Translations under genes and position numbers: made by a program
Notes under the pieces: generated by a model
Told to the model about the DNA's origin: nothing
Database searches by the model: none
Seen by the model: only the letters and a program-made list of their open reading frames with translations
Shown here: positions 1-10,390 of the stretch, piece after piece
How positions within the stretch are numbered: the stretch's first letter is position 1
Layout: the number at the start of each line of letters is the position of its first letter
DNA from: Vulcanimicrobiota bacterium
GTDB taxonomy: Bacteria > Vulcanimicrobiota > Vulcanimicrobiia > Eremiobacterales > Eremiobacteraceae
Assembly: GCA_963805945.1 (NCBI GenBank)
Contig: CAWDVP010000002.1
Coordinates: 416,001 to 480,000 of the forward strand
Length of the DNA: 64,000 bases
Direction of reading: 5' to 3'

Positions 1-498
1 ACCATCGCGGCCATGCTCGACATCATCATCGACCTCGAACGCATCGGCGACCACGCGTGCGACATCGCGCAGATCACCAAGAACCTCGCGGCCGAGCCGC
101 AGCTCAAGCCGTTCATCGACATCCCGCTCATGGCCACCGCCGCGCGCGAGATGCTGCGCGAGTCGCTCGACGCCTTCGCCCAGCACGACTCGGAGATCGC
201 GCATCGCGTGCCGGCCAAAGACGACGAGGTGGACCGTCTCTATCGCTCTGTCTTCAAAGAGCTCATCGAGTTCATGGCCAAGGACCCCAAGGCCATCAAC
301 CGCGGCAGCAACCTCATCCTCGTGGCGCTCTACCTCGAGCGCATCGCCGACCACGCCACTAATATCTGCGAACGCGTGGTGTACATGGTCGAGGGCGTGC
401 CGAAGCACTTGAAGCGCTCGGTCGTCGAGATGAACCAGGCGATCGCCAACAGCGAGGCCGTCGGCGCCCGCACCGTGAGCGACCCGGCCGCGACCTAG
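1..498 (+). CDS. phoU: Phosphate signalling protein PhoU (5'-truncated by window edge)
   Basis: DLERIGDHA and YLERIADHATNI PhoU repeat motifs; directly upstream of pstS. Confidence 0.95.
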   Translation, partial: TIAAMLDIIIDLERIGDHACDIAQITKNLAAEPQLKPFIDIPLMATAAREMLRESLDAFAQHDSEIAHRVPAKDDEVDRLYRSVFKELIEFMAKDPKAINRGSNLILVALYLERIADHATNICERVVYMVEGVPKHLKRSVVEMNQAIANSEAVGARTVSDPAAT

Positions 499-501
499 CC
501 C

Positions 502-556
502 CTTAACCCAGCCTTAAGCAAACCATAACATCGCCTTCAAGCCGTTGCGCTACGGT
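502..556 (+). promoter_or_regulatory. Pho-box-like direct-repeat array and putative -10 upstream of pstS
   Basis: TTAAC(503), TTAAG(514), ATAAC(525), TTCAA(536) at exact 11-bp period, each preceded by CC; TACGGT at 551. Confidence 0.8.
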
Positions 557-619
557 CAGTGAGGTGCATTTCTCACTAACACACCGCGCGATTTTGTCGC
601 GTGCAGGAGCGCTCACACC

Positions 620-1651
620 GTGAAGATTTCCCGCAAGGCCCTCGTGGCCGCCGCCATCGTCGCCGGCCTCATCGCCCCGATGGCCGCCTCGGCCGACACC
701 CAGTTCCTCGGCGCAGGTTCGACGTTTGACGCGCCATTTTTCTCGCGCGCATTCTACGCCTACAGCCAAGAGCACGCCGGGGTCACCGTCAACTACGCGA
801 GCATCGGTTCTGGCGGCGGCATCTCGCAGTTCACCGCGAAAACCGTCGACTTCGGGGCCACCGATGTTCCCCTCAGCAAAGCCGAGCTTTCGGCTGCGAT
901 GGACGCCAACGGCGCGGTGGTGCAGTTGCCCGTCACGCTTGGGGGCGTGTGCATATCGTACAACGTGCCGAACATCTCGAAGCACATCAATATGACGCCT
1001 ACCGTTCTGGCGAACATCGCACTTGGCCGGGTCACGAACTGGAGCGATCCTTCCATCGCGGCTCTCAATCCAGGCGTGAAGTTCCCCAGCCTTGCGATCC
1101 TGTGGGTCCACCGCGCCGATGCGAGCGGCACATCGTACATCTTCACCGACTATATGTCCAAGATCAGTCCGGAATGGAAGTCCAAGGTCGGAGTCGGCAA
1201 GTCGGTCAATTGGCCGGTCGGAGTCGGCGCCAAAGGCAACGAAGGCGTCGCTGGGCAGCTGAGCAATTCGCCCGGCGGCATCGGCTATATAGAGCTCGCC
1301 TATGCGCTGCAGAACGACATCTCCTTCGCGGCGATGCAGAACAAAGAGGGGGCGTACGTGCTGCCGTCGATCGACTCGGTTCGTTCGGCGGCCGCGCAGA
1401 AGCCTGATGTCAGCCCGACCGACTTCTCGATCGTGGACCTCGGCGGCAAGGATAGCTATCCCATCTCGGGTTACTCGTGGGTCATGGTGTGGAAGAACCA
1501 AGCGGATCCGGCGCGCGGCAAGCAGCTCGCCGACATGCTCAAATGGTTGGTCACCGGCGGCCAGCAGCTCGCCACAAAGGTGAACTATGTGGGACTGCCG
1601 GAGAACGTGCAACAGGAGGCGCTCAAGGCGCTCGGCTCGATCCATTCGTAG
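620..1651 (+). CDS. pstS: Phosphate ABC transporter substrate-binding protein PstS
   Basis: Signal peptide; GAGSTF, IGSGGG, DFGATD, HRADASGT, YPISGY motifs. Confidence 0.97.
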   Translation: MKISRKALVAAAIVAGLIAPMAASADTQFLGAGSTFDAPFFSRAFYAYSQEHAGVTVNYASIGSGGGISQFTAKTVDFGATDVPLSKAELSAAMDANGAVVQLPVTLGGVCISYNVPNISKHINMTPTVLANIALGRVTNWSDPSIAALNPGVKFPSLAILWVHRADASGTSYIFTDYMSKISPEWKSKVGVGKSVNWPVGVGAKGNEGVAGQLSNSPGGIGYIELAYALQNDISFAAMQNKEGAYVLPSIDSVRSAAAQKPDVSPTDFSIVDLGGKDSYPISGYSWVMVWKNQADPARGKQLADMLKWLVTGGQQLATKVNYVGLPENVQQEALKALGSIHS

Positions 1652-1675
1652 GCGGAATTCCTAAGCGCGGCCGAA

Positions 1676-1722
1676 CAGGCGGTGAGGAATCAGGTGACAA
1701 AGCCTGAGGGGGTCACCGCCTG
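1676..1722 (+). other. Long pstS-pstC intercistronic stem-loop (mRNA stabiliser or partial terminator)
   Basis: CAGGCGGTGA(1676-1685)/TCACCGCCTG(1713-1722) perfect outer stem with inner TCAGG/CCTGA pairing. Confidence 0.6.
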
Positions 1723-1751
1723 ACGCGTTCGCTGCCCCGAAGACGGAGAGC

Positions 1752-2729
1752 ATGTCGCACAATAGCGCCGAACTGGTAGGAGCGAGCTCGGCTTCCGCCG
1801 CACGAATCGCAAGAGCGCGGATCTCGCCCGCCGGCGATCGCGTCTTCATGTTCCTCCTGCACTCATCTGCGTGGCTGGTGCTGGCAGTCGTTCTCGCCCT
1901 GTTCCTGGTGCTGCTGCAGCGCTCGTGGCCCGCCATCCAGCACATAGGGTTGGGTGCGTTCACCTCGCTGTGGGACCCGAACGGCGGGCACTTCGGCGTC
2001 ATGACCTTCGTTTTCGGCACGATCGTCACGTCGATCATCGCTCTTCTCGTCGCCGGCCCTATCGGCATCGGCGCAGCGCTCTTCCTCGCCGAACTGGCGC
2101 CCCGACGACTCGCAACGCCGGTCGCCATGCTCATCGAGCTGTTGGCCGCCGTGCCTAGCGTCGTGTATGGCCTGTGGGGCCTCTTCGTGCTTGGGCCCGC
2201 TATCCGCATCGTCATCGGACCGGCGCTGCAGAAGGTCTTCGGCTTCTTGCCGCTGTTCCAAGGACCGATCTACGGCTTCGGCATGCTGGCGGGCGGGCTC
2301 ATCCTCGCGATCATGGTGGTGCCGACGGTGGCCGCGATCTCGCGCGACGTGTTCGAGGCCGTGCCGAACGATCAACGGGAAGGCATGCTCGCGCTCGGCG
2401 CGACGAAGTGGGAGATGCTGACCAGGGCCGTGCTTCCGTACGCGAGCTCAGGCGTGATCGGCGCGCTGGTGCTCGGCGTCGGCCGCGCGCTCGGCGAAGC
2501 GATGGCGGTGGTCATGGTGATCGGCAACAAACCGCAGATCGCGGCGTCCTTATTCGCGCCCGGCTACACCATGGCGAGTGTGCTCGCGAATGAGTTCACG
2601 GAGGCGACAGGCAAGGTGTACATAGCCATGCTCATCGAGATCGGACTGCTGCTCTTCGTCATAAGCTTGATCGTCAATGTCTTCGCGCGCATCCTGGTGT
2701 GGAACGCGAGCGGCCGGGGTCGCAGGTGA
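1752..2729 (+). CDS. pstC: Phosphate ABC transporter permease PstC
   Basis: ELLAAVPSVVYGLWG, EAA loop REGMLALGATKWE, GRALGEAMAV. Confidence 0.96.
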   Translation: MSHNSAELVGASSASAARIARARISPAGDRVFMFLLHSSAWLVLAVVLALFLVLLQRSWPAIQHIGLGAFTSLWDPNGGHFGVMTFVFGTIVTSIIALLVAGPIGIGAALFLAELAPRRLATPVAMLIELLAAVPSVVYGLWGLFVLGPAIRIVIGPALQKVFGFLPLFQGPIYGFGMLAGGLILAIMVVPTVAAISRDVFEAVPNDQREGMLALGATKWEMLTRAVLPYASSGVIGALVLGVGRALGEAMAVVMVIGNKPQIAASLFAPGYTMASVLANEFTEATGKVYIAMLIEIGLLLFVISLIVNVFARILVWNASGRGRR

Positions 2730-3577
2730 AGGTCTTCGATCTGAAGTCGTTCCGCAAGGCCTGGAGCAACTTCATGGTCGCGGTGAGCGCGCTGTGTGCA
2801 GGTGTGTGCGGCGCGGTGTTGGTGATCGTCGTCGTCTTCGTCATCGGCAAGGGCTACAAGGCCCTCAACTGGAGCTTCTTCACCAAGCTGCCGCTGCCGG
2901 TCGGCATAACGGGCGGCGGCGTCGTCAACGCGATCGTCGGTTCTGGAGAGATTATCGCCATGGCGTCGCTTCTGGCGGTGCCGATCGGCGTCATGGCAGG
3001 CATCTACCTAGCGCTCTTTGGGCGCGGTACGTTGGCCGCGTCGGTGCGCTTCTACAGCGACGTGCTCACCGGCATGCCTTCGATCGCGATCGGCGTGTTC
3101 GCCTACGCGCTCGTCGTCATCCCGACGGGCCACTTTTCAGCGCATTCTGCCGCGGTGGCCCTTGCCGTGATCATGCTGCCCATCGTCGTGCGCACGACGG
3201 AAGAATCCGTCCGCCTCGTCCCAACCGTGATCCGTGAGGGCGCGTTGGCGCTGGGCATCCCCGCATGGAAGGCGACGCTGCTCGTGACGGTGCCGGTCGC
3301 GCGGCCGGGCATCGTGACCGGCGTCTTGCTCGCGGTCGCGCGTGTCGCCGGCGAATCCGCGCCGCTGTTGTTCACCGCGTTCGGCAGCCAGTTCTGGCCT
3401 CACGGGCTTGCATCGCCGACCGCGGCGTTGCCGCTCATCATCTTCCAATATGCGATCTCACCCTATGCCGACTGGCAGCAGATCGCATGGGGCTGTGCTC
3501 TCGTGCTCGTCGTGCTGGTGTTCACGCTTAACCTCGCTGCGCGCTTGGCCTTCTCCGGCCGCGTTTCCGCGAACTAG
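2726..3577 (+). CDS. pstA: Phosphate ABC transporter permease PstA
   Basis: GTG overlaps pstC stop (GTGA); [28 protein letters not shown]. Confidence 0.95.
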   Translation: MKVFDLKSFRKAWSNFMVAVSALCAGVCGAVLVIVVVFVIGKGYKALNWSFFTKLPLPVGITGGGVVNAIVGSGEIIAMASLLAVPIGVMAGIYLALFGRGTLAASVRFYSDVLTGMPSIAIGVFAYALVVIPTGHFSAHSAAVALAVIMLPIVVRTTEESVRLVPTVIREGALALGIPAWKATLLVTVPVARPGIVTGVLLAVARVAGESAPLLFTAFGSQFWPHGLASPTAALPLIIFQYAISPYADWQQIAWGCALVLVVLVFTLNLAARLAFSGRVSAN

Positions 3578-3596
3578 GGGAGAGAAGAAGTTGATC

Positions 3597-4404
3597 ATGG
3601 TGACCGAGCCAGCGGCGACGAAGACGGGTGCGACCAAGCTTGAGGTGAGGAATCTGAGCGCTTACTACGGCAAGCACCAGGCCGTCAAGGACATCAACAT
3701 GCGTTTCGAGTCCGGCTTGATCACCGCGCTGATCGGCCCCTCGGGTTGCGGCAAATCGACCCTGCTCCGCTGTCTGAATCGCATGCACGAGGTCATCCCC
3801 AACGCGCGCGTCGAGGGCGAAGTGCTGCTCGACGGGGACGACCTCTACGCATCGGGTGTTGATCCGACCGATACCCGCCGGCGTGTCGGCATGGTATTCC
3901 AGCGGCCGAATCCCTTTCCGACGATGTCGATCTTCGACAACGTCCTCGCCGGGGTCCGCTTGGCCGGCAAACCGCCAGGAAGCGCGACGCTCGGCGAGAT
4001 CGCCGAGAAGAGTCTGAGGCGCGCGGCGCTGTGGGAAGAGGTCAAGGACAAGCTCCATAAGGCCGGCACCTCGCTCTCCGGCGGCCAGCAGCAGCGGCTG
4101 TGCATCGCGCGCGCGCTCGCGGTCGATCCCGAAGTGCTGCTCATGGACGAGCCGGCGTCGGCGCTCGATCCGATCTCCACCATCAAGATCGAAGAGCTGA
4201 TGCGCGAGCTGCAAGGGCGCGTACACGATCATCATCGTGACGCACAACATGCAGCAGGCGGCGCGCGTCTCCGACTACACCGGCTTCATTCTCGCGGGCG
4301 AATCGGCGACCGGCGAACTGGTCGAGTTCGACGTCACCTCGAAGATGTTCACCACGCCGAAAGACAAGCGGACCGAGGACTACATCACCGGCCGTTTCGG
4401 CTAA
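3597..4404 (+). CDS. pstB: Phosphate ABC transporter ATPase PstB (one apparent +1 indel near 4213)
   Basis: [26 protein letters not shown]; continues in another frame as [15 protein letters not shown]...[10 protein letters not shown]. Confidence 0.93.
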
Positions 4405-4437
4405 AGGTCGGTCCACCGCGGGGTCGAATCTCCCCGC

Positions 4438-5256
4438 GTGTCCCCTCTTTCGGAGCGTTCTCTCGTCGCGCTCGCGCGCGTATGCGCCGCGTTCGTCGTC
4501 GTCTTCCCCGGGCTCGTCATCCTCACGCTCGCCATCGGCACGGCGGTCGCGGTCGCGCGCGGCCTCGCCTCGATCGGCTTCGCGCACGGCCTCGTCATCG
4601 GCGCGACGACGCTCGGACTCGCGGTCGTCGCGGCGACCGCCGGTTCGGCTGCGGGCGTGGCGAGCGCCTTGTTCACCGTCGAGATCGCGCCGGCGCGGCT
4701 GCGGCAGACCGTCAAAGCGCTTGTCGGCGCGCTCCACGCCGTGCCCGCGGTCGGCTTCGGGATCGCCGCTGCGGGCGCGCTGCTGCTTCCCGCCGCCACG
4801 CCTTCGCCGCTCGCGACCATCGCGCTCGCGGCGCTCGTCCTCACGATCATGATCGCGTCCGTCGTCTTCGCCCAGACGCGCGGCGAGCTGGCGCGCGTGC
4901 CCGCCGCGATGCGCGAGTCGGCGCATGCGGCCGGCGCCGACGGGATGGCGATCGCGCTGCGCGCGATCTTGCCGGGCATGCGGGCATCGCTCGCCGGCAT
5001 CTGGTGGTCGGCCTTCGCGCTCGCGCTCGGCGAGGCGACCGCGCTCTCGATGATCTTCAGCGCCGCAAGCAGCAGAGTCGCGTCGAAGGCGGCGTGGGCG
5101 ATCGACGGCACGCTGGCGAGCATCCTGCTCAACTCGGGCGCGAACGGTTTTGGCGCGCAGACGTTGGGGTTGGCGCCGGTCGCGCTGTGCCTCGCCCTTG
5201 TCGTGCTCGCGGCGGTCTTCTTCGGACGCCGCGCGATGGGCACGCAATGGCGATAG
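4438..5256 (+). CDS. Divergent PstC-like ABC permease
   Basis: Multi-[16 protein letters not shown]-like [17 protein letters not shown] mirror PstC motifs. Confidence 0.75.
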   Translation: MSPLSERSLVALARVCAAFVVVFPGLVILTLAIGTAVAVARGLASIGFAHGLVIGATTLGLAVVAATAGSAAGVASALFTVEIAPARLRQTVKALVGALHAVPAVGFGIAAAGALLLPAATPSPLATIALAALVLTIMIASVVFAQTRGELARVPAAMRESAHAAGADGMAIALRAILPGMRASLAGIWWSAFALALGEATALSMIFSAASSRVASKAAWAIDGTLASILLNSGANGFGAQTLGLAPVALCLALVVLAAVFFGRRAMGTQWR

Positions 5257-6086
5257 ACGCGACGCGTCCGCAGCCGGCGGTCGAACGATTCGGTTCTCCG
5301 GCGCGCGCCTTGTTGTTCCTGTCCACCGCCGCGCTGTGCGCCTCCGGCATCGGGCTGATCGGCTGGCTGATCGCCGCCGCATTGCCCAGCGCGCTGCCGC
5401 AGCTTCATCCGGCCGATGGTGTCGGCGTCATCGGTCCGCTCGGCGCGACCATCTACGTCGTCACCTTCGCCCTTCCGTTGACGGTGCTGGTCGGCGGGCT
5501 GGCGGGTGCGAGCATCGCTGAAGGGCGTCTGTTCGGCTCGCGGAAGCCCGCGTTTCGCGCCGCGTTCGACTTCATCGGCAGCCTGCCGACCATCGTGGTC
5601 GCCTTCGCGGTGCTCGTCGCCGCCATCATGCTGGGTCTGCGGCCTTCGCTCAATCTCGGCGCGTGCGCGGTCGCGCTCGCCAACCTGCCGCTCATGGCGA
5701 CGCTCACCGCCGGAATCCTCGCCGATGCGTCGCGCGACTCGAGTGAGGCGGCGACCGCGCTCGGCGCTTCGCCGTCGTTCATCATCTGGAGAGTGGCGTT
5801 CGTCCGAGGCAGCCGCCGGCTCTGGGCCGCCGTCGTCAGCATCGCGACCCAGATGACCGGCGCGGCGGCGGCCGTCATCCTGCTCGCGAGCGCCCATACG
5901 TCGACCCTCGGGACCACGCCGCTCGGCTCGTGGCCGCTCGCGGTGCAGATATGGACGCGCTCCACCGACGCCGCGGCATACGGCGCGACCGCCGCGAGCA
6001 CGATCGTGCTGATCCTCTGCGTCTGGCTGCTCCAAGAGCCGCTGCGCTCAGGGGTCGCCTCGGGCGCGGCAGAGGCGAACAAGTGA
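5247..6086 (+). CDS. Divergent PstA-like ABC permease
   Basis: C-terminal part of the 3342..6086 ORF starting [26 protein letters not shown]; overlaps neighbours at both ends. Confidence 0.72.
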   Translation: MAIDATRPQPAVERFGSPARALLFLSTAALCASGIGLIGWLIAAALPSALPQLHPADGVGVIGPLGATIYVVTFALPLTVLVGGLAGASIAEGRLFGSRKPAFRAAFDFIGSLPTIVVAFAVLVAAIMLGLRPSLNLGACAVALANLPLMATLTAGILADASRDSSEAATALGASPSFIIWRVAFVRGSRRLWAAVVSIATQMTGAAAAVILLASAHTSTLGTTPLGSWPLAVQIWTRSTDAAAYGATAASTIVLILCVWLLQEPLRSGVASGAAEANK

Positions 6087-6859
6087 GTCAGGAACGCACG
6101 CCGCTCGAGACCAAGATCGAATTGCTGGGCGTCAGCGTGTGGTACGGGCAGCTGCAGGCGCTGCGCGACGTCAGTTTCGACGTGCCGTCCAAGACGACGA
6201 TCGCGCTGATCGGGCCAGGCGGTGCGGGCAAGACGACGCTGTTGCGTGCGCTCAACCGGATGCACGACCTGGACCATGACGTGCGGGTCGCCGGCAGCAT
6301 CAAGATCGACGGCGCGGAGATCCTGGGAGCCGGCGTGGATATCGGCCGGCTGCGGCGCAACGTCGGCATGCTCTTCGCGGCGCCCACCATGCTGCCGTCG
6401 AGCATCGCCGACAACGTGACCTTCGGCCTGGCGGCCCAGGGCGTGCGCGATACGCGCGTGCTCGACGAGGCGTGCGAACGCGCGTTGCGGCGCGTCGCGC
6501 TCTGGGAGACGCTGCGCGGGCAGACCGCGGCGCCGGCGGTCTCGCTGCCGCTCGACGTGCGGCAGCGCATCTGCCTGGCGCGGACGCTCGCCCTCGATCC
6601 GGACGTGCTGCTGCTCGACAACCCGACCGCCCTGCTCGACTCGAACGCGGCGCTCGCGGTCGAGGACATCATCGCCCGCTTGCGCCGGGATCATACGGTC
6701 ATCATCGCCACCAACGACCTCCAGCAAGCCGCCCGGCTGGCGGACGTCACGACGTACATGGCACACGGCGAGATCGTCGAAATGGGCGATACGACGCTCG
6801 TCTTCAGCAAACCGACGGACGCGCGGACCGAGGCGTTCTTGTCGGGTAGGGCTTCATGA
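6083..6859 (+). CDS. PstB paralog with degenerate catalytic motifs (probable pseudo-ATPase)
   Basis: Colinear with PstB ([24 protein letters not shown]); Walker A GPGGAGKT kept, but signature LPLDVRQR, Walker B LLLDNP, switch ATND. Confidence 0.85.
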   Translation: MSQERTPLETKIELLGVSVWYGQLQALRDVSFDVPSKTTIALIGPGGAGKTTLLRALNRMHDLDHDVRVAGSIKIDGAEILGAGVDIGRLRRNVGMLFAAPTMLPSSIADNVTFGLAAQGVRDTRVLDEACERALRRVALWETLRGQTAAPAVSLPLDVRQRICLARTLALDPDVLLLDNPTALLDSNAALAVEDIIARLRRDHTVIIATNDLQQAARLADVTTYMAHGEIVEMGDTTLVFSKPTDARTEAFLSGRAS

Positions 6860-6869
6860 GGATACGACC

Positions 6870-8279
6870 GTGAGAACTGATACGCGACCTGCTTCGGCGC
6901 TCGGGCCGCTGCGCGACGACGGGATGTTCTACTACGACTCCGCGCTCGAGGTCGTCGGCGCGACGCCGCTCGTGCGCTTGCAGCGCGTGATGGGCGACGC
7001 GTACTGCACCGTGCTCGCGAAGATCGAGTTCGTCAATCCCGGCGGCTCGGTGAAGGACCGGCCTGCGCTCGCCATGGTCGCGGATGCCGAGCAGCGCGGC
7101 CTGCTCAAACCCGGCGGCACGATCGTCGAGCCCACGTCAGGCAACACGGGCGTCGGACTCGCCATGGTCGCCGCCATCAAACGCTATCGCTGCATCCTCG
7201 TCATGCCCGACAAGGTGAGCGAGGAGAAGATCCGCCTCCTGCGCGCCTATGGCGCGGAAGTCGTCATCACGCCGACCAAGGTGCCGGCGAGCAGCCCGGA
7301 GTCGTTCTACGGCGTCGCCGCGAAACTCGCGAGCGAAATCCCCGGCGCCTTCATGCCTAACCAGTTCGCGAACGCGATCAACCCGAAGTCTCACGAGCTG
7401 ACCACCGGCCCTGAGATCTGGGAGGCCACCGCCGGCAAGATCACCCATTACGTGAGTGGCATCGGCACCGGCGGGACCATCTCCGGCGTCGCCCATTATC
7501 TAAAGAAGAAGAACGCCGCCATCATGGTGGTCGGGGCCGACCCCGAGGGCTCGATCTACTCAGGCGACACCGCCAAGTCGTACAAGGTCGAGGGCATCGG
7601 CGAGGACTTCTTGCCGGCCACCGTCGACCTCAAGGCGATCGACCGCATCGAGCGCGTGTCGGACAAAGAATCGTTCCTCATGGCGCGGCGGGCGTGCCGC
7701 GAGGAAGGCCTGCTCGTCGGCGGTTCGTCGGGCACGGCGCTCGTCGCGGCGTCGCGGCTCGCACGCGAGCTGCCGGCTAGCGCGATCGTCGTCGTGCTCC
7801 TGCCGGACAACGGCCGCGGCTATCTGTCGAAGATCTTCAACGACGAGTGGATGACGGCCAACGGCTTTCTCGGTGAGCAGGGCCGCGGCGCCACAGTGGG
7901 CGATGTCCTGCGCGCACGCGGCAAAGGCGAACCGCCGCCGCTCATCACGCTGGCGCCGGAAGATCCGGTCAAGCGCGGCATCGAGCTCATGCGCGAATTC
8001 CAGATCTCCCAGATCCCGGTGGTCGATCGCGGCGAGATGGTCGGCAGCATCAACGAGGTCGCCGTGATGCAGTTGATCTACGATCGCGCCGACGTCGCGC
8101 ATCAGGCGGTCAAAGACGTCATGGGCCGGCCGTTCCCCATCCTCGAAGAGCTCGACGAAGTCGAAAAGGCGTACAAGGAGCTGTCGCTCGGCCATGCCGC
8201 CGTCGTCGTCGCCCGCAAGGGCGTGCCGATCGGCGTCTTGACGAAGATGGACATCATCGCGCATCTCTCGGGAAGTTAG
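6870..8279 (+). CDS. cbs: Cystathionine beta-synthase with C-terminal CBS (Bateman) pair
   Basis: NPGGSVKDR, EPTSGNTG, GIGTGGT, EGIGEDF plus C-terminal CBS domains. Confidence 0.92.
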   Translation: MRTDTRPASALGPLRDDGMFYYDSALEVVGATPLVRLQRVMGDAYCTVLAKIEFVNPGGSVKDRPALAMVADAEQRGLLKPGGTIVEPTSGNTGVGLAMVAAIKRYRCILVMPDKVSEEKIRLLRAYGAEVVITPTKVPASSPESFYGVAAKLASEIPGAFMPNQFANAINPKSHELTTGPEIWEATAGKITHYVSGIGTGGTISGVAHYLKKKNAAIMVVGADPEGSIYSGDTAKSYKVEGIGEDFLPATVDLKAIDRIERVSDKESFLMARRACREEGLLVGGSSGTALVAASRLARELPASAIVVVLLPDNGRGYLSKIFNDEWMTANGFLGEQGRGATVGDVLRARGKGEPPPLITLAPEDPVKRGIELMREFQISQIPVVDRGEMVGSINEVAVMQLIYDRADVAHQAVKDVMGRPFPILEELDEVEKAYKELSLGHAAVVVARKGVPIGVLTKMDIIAHLSGS

Positions 8280-8286
8280 GACACGC

Positions 8287-9423
8287 ATGCACTTCGCCAC
8301 CAGGGCCATCCACGTCGGCCAGGAGGCCGACCCGACCACCGGCGCGACCATCGTACCGATCTACCAGACCACCACGTATACGCAAGCCGCCCCCGGACAG
8401 CACAAGGGCTTCGACTATTCGCGCACCATCAATCCGACGCGCCTGGCGCTCGAACGCTGTCTCGCATCGCTCGAGAACGCGCGCCACGGCCTGTGCTTCG
8501 CCAGCGGCATGGCGGCGACGTCGGCCGTCGCGAACCTGCTCTCGCCGGGCGACCACGTCGTCGTCAACGACGATCTGTACGGCGGCACGTTCCGCCTCTT
8601 CGACAAGGTGAACGCGCGCTTCGGGCTCGAGTTCAGCTATGTCGATGCGACCGACGCGGGCAGAGTCGCGAGCGCGATGCGACCGAACACGAAGATGGTC
8701 TGGCTGGAGACGCCGACCAATCCGCTGCTGCGCCTGGCGGACATCGGCGCGATCGCGCAGCTCGCCCATGCGCGCGGCGCGAAGGTCGCGGTCGACAACA
8801 CGTTCGCGACGCCGTTCCTGCAGAACCCGCTCGATCTCGGCGCCGATATCGTGGTCCACTCGACGACCAAATACATCGGCGGCCACTCGGACGCGCTCGG
8901 CGGTTTCGCCGCGGTCAACGCGCCGGAGCTGTACGAGCCGCTCAAGTTCTATCAGAACGCTGCCGGCGCCGTGCCGGGGCCGTTCGATTGCTTCCTCACC
9001 ATGCGCGGCGCGAAGACGCTGGCGCTACGCATGCGCGAGCACGATCGCAACGCGCGCGCGGTCGCGGATTTCCTCGCCGGGCATGCCGGCGTCGAGCGCG
9101 TCTACTACCCCGGACTGTCCTCGCATCCGCAGCACGACTTGGCCAAGAAGCAGATGCGTGGTTACGGCGGCATGGTCTCGTTCACGCTCAAGGGACCGGT
9201 CGACCGCGCGCGGACGTTCGCCGCGGCGACGAAGCTGTTCTCACTGGCGGAAAGCCTGGGCGGCGTGGAGTCGCTCATCTGCCATCCGGCGACGATGACC
9301 CACGGCTCGATCCCCAAAGACGTGCGCGAGGCGCGCGGCGTCACGGATGGTTTGCTGCGGCTGTCCGTGGGCATCGAGGACGAGGACGACTTGATCGCCG
9401 ACCTCGAGCAGGCCCTCAAGTAG
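8287..9423 (+). CDS. Cystathionine gamma-lyase/gamma-synthase (Cys/Met PLP family)
   Basis: YSRTINPTR, LETPTNP, DNTFATP, HSTTKYIGGHSD, AESLGGVESL. Confidence 0.93.
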   Translation: MHFATRAIHVGQEADPTTGATIVPIYQTTTYTQAAPGQHKGFDYSRTINPTRLALERCLASLENARHGLCFASGMAATSAVANLLSPGDHVVVNDDLYGGTFRLFDKVNARFGLEFSYVDATDAGRVASAMRPNTKMVWLETPTNPLLRLADIGAIAQLAHARGAKVAVDNTFATPFLQNPLDLGADIVVHSTTKYIGGHSDALGGFAAVNAPELYEPLKFYQNAAGAVPGPFDCFLTMRGAKTLALRMREHDRNARAVADFLAGHAGVERVYYPGLSSHPQHDLAKKQMRGYGGMVSFTLKGPVDRARTFAAATKLFSLAESLGGVESLICHPATMTHGSIPKDVREARGVTDGLLRLSVGIEDEDDLIADLEQALK

Positions 9424-9434
9424 AGGACGTCGTG

Positions 9435-9451
9435 CCCGAGCGAAGCTCGGG
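9435..9451. terminator. Hairpin between convergent genes
   Basis: CCCGAGC-GAA-GCTCGGG. Confidence 0.45.
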
Positions 9452-10276
9452 TCAACCGCCGAGCAGTCTGCTCACCTCTGCGGCGTGGCGCGCCACCTCC
9501 GTCGCGATCTCGGTGAGCCGCTCGCGGTCCACGTGGCGCGAGAAGCCGGCCACCCAAATGACTGCGACGAGCTGACGGCCGGGGCCGAAGATCGGCGCCG
9601 CCGCTGCCCGCATGCCGTCCACGTACTCGTCGATGTCGGTGGCGGCGCCGTCGACCGCCGCCTTCTCGATCGCTTCTTTATACAGCGTGGTATCGCGCAC
9701 GGTGTTGGCGGTGAACGCCGGCAGCCGCACATCGGTGAAGAACACCGCGCGCCGCCGCTCGTCCCAAGCCGAGACGACCGCTTTCCCCACGGCCCCCGCC
9801 AGCAAGGGGATCGCCGAACCTATAGGGGCTGAGATCGACATGGTCGGCCGTCCATGGACGAGGTCGAGGATGGTCACATGGTCCTCGGCAGGGACGCCGA
9901 GAAAGCTGGTCTGCTCGGTGACCGCGGCGAGGTGCTCCAAGGCGGGCCTCGCCAGCTCGCGCAGATCGCGCTGGCCCGCCGATCTGGAGGCGAGGGCATA
10001 CAGGCCCGCGCCGAGGCGATAGCGCTTCGTGCCGTTGCCGGCTTCGACGATGCCGAGCGACTCGAGCGTCGTCACCAGACCGTGCACCGTGCTCTTGCCC
10101 AGGCCTAGCGTGCGCGCGAGTTGGGAGACGCCGAGGGGTTCGGATGATTCGCTCAGCGCCCCGAGCAGCCGGAATGCCTTGTCCACTGCGGGGACGACTG
10201 CTGCAGGGCGCTCCTGCTCGGCTGCCTCGTCCTCGCCGTTCTCGGGGCTAGGCTTCCCGTTCGGTGGCGTGAACAT
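9452..10276 (-). CDS. IclR-family transcriptional regulator (start uncertain, up to 10351)
   Basis: VPAVDKAFRLL..LGVSQLARTLGLGKSTVHGLV HTH; GAVGKA and EYVDGMRAAAAPI effector domain. Confidence 0.92.
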   Translation of the reverse strand: MFTPPNGKPSPENGEDEAAEQERPAAVVPAVDKAFRLLGALSESSEPLGVSQLARTLGLGKSTVHGLVTTLESLGIVEAGNGTKRYRLGAGLYALASRSAGQRDLRELARPALEHLAAVTEQTSFLGVPAEDHVTILDLVHGRPTMSISAPIGSAIPLLAGAVGKAVVSAWDERRRAVFFTDVRLPAFTANTVRDTTLYKEAIEKAAVDGAATDIDEYVDGMRAAAAPIFGPGRQLVAVIWVAGFSRHVDRERLTEIATEVARHAAEVSRLLGG

Positions 10277-10352
10277 CTTGTAGGGGGTTGGCGGCCGGGG
10301 GACTGGCGGCCTGCGCATCAGAAGCCCGAGCCACCTCAGGACAATTCGCAAC

Positions 10353-10372
10353 GGCCGACCGTAGGGTCGGCC
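10353..10372. repeat. Degenerate family-A REP-like palindrome in iclR/tldD intergenic region
   Basis: GGCCGACC-GTAG-GGTCGGCC; stem matches the 48562-48583 REP but the GTAG head is absent. Confidence 0.5.
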
Positions 10373-10390
10373 TTATGATGGGGACCACAA

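Noticed and set aside
3342..6086. 914-aa PstB-permease fusion ORF
   Set aside because: Artefact of one extra base near 4213: pstB finishes in another frame at 4404 and the PstA-like gene has its own ATG at 5247.
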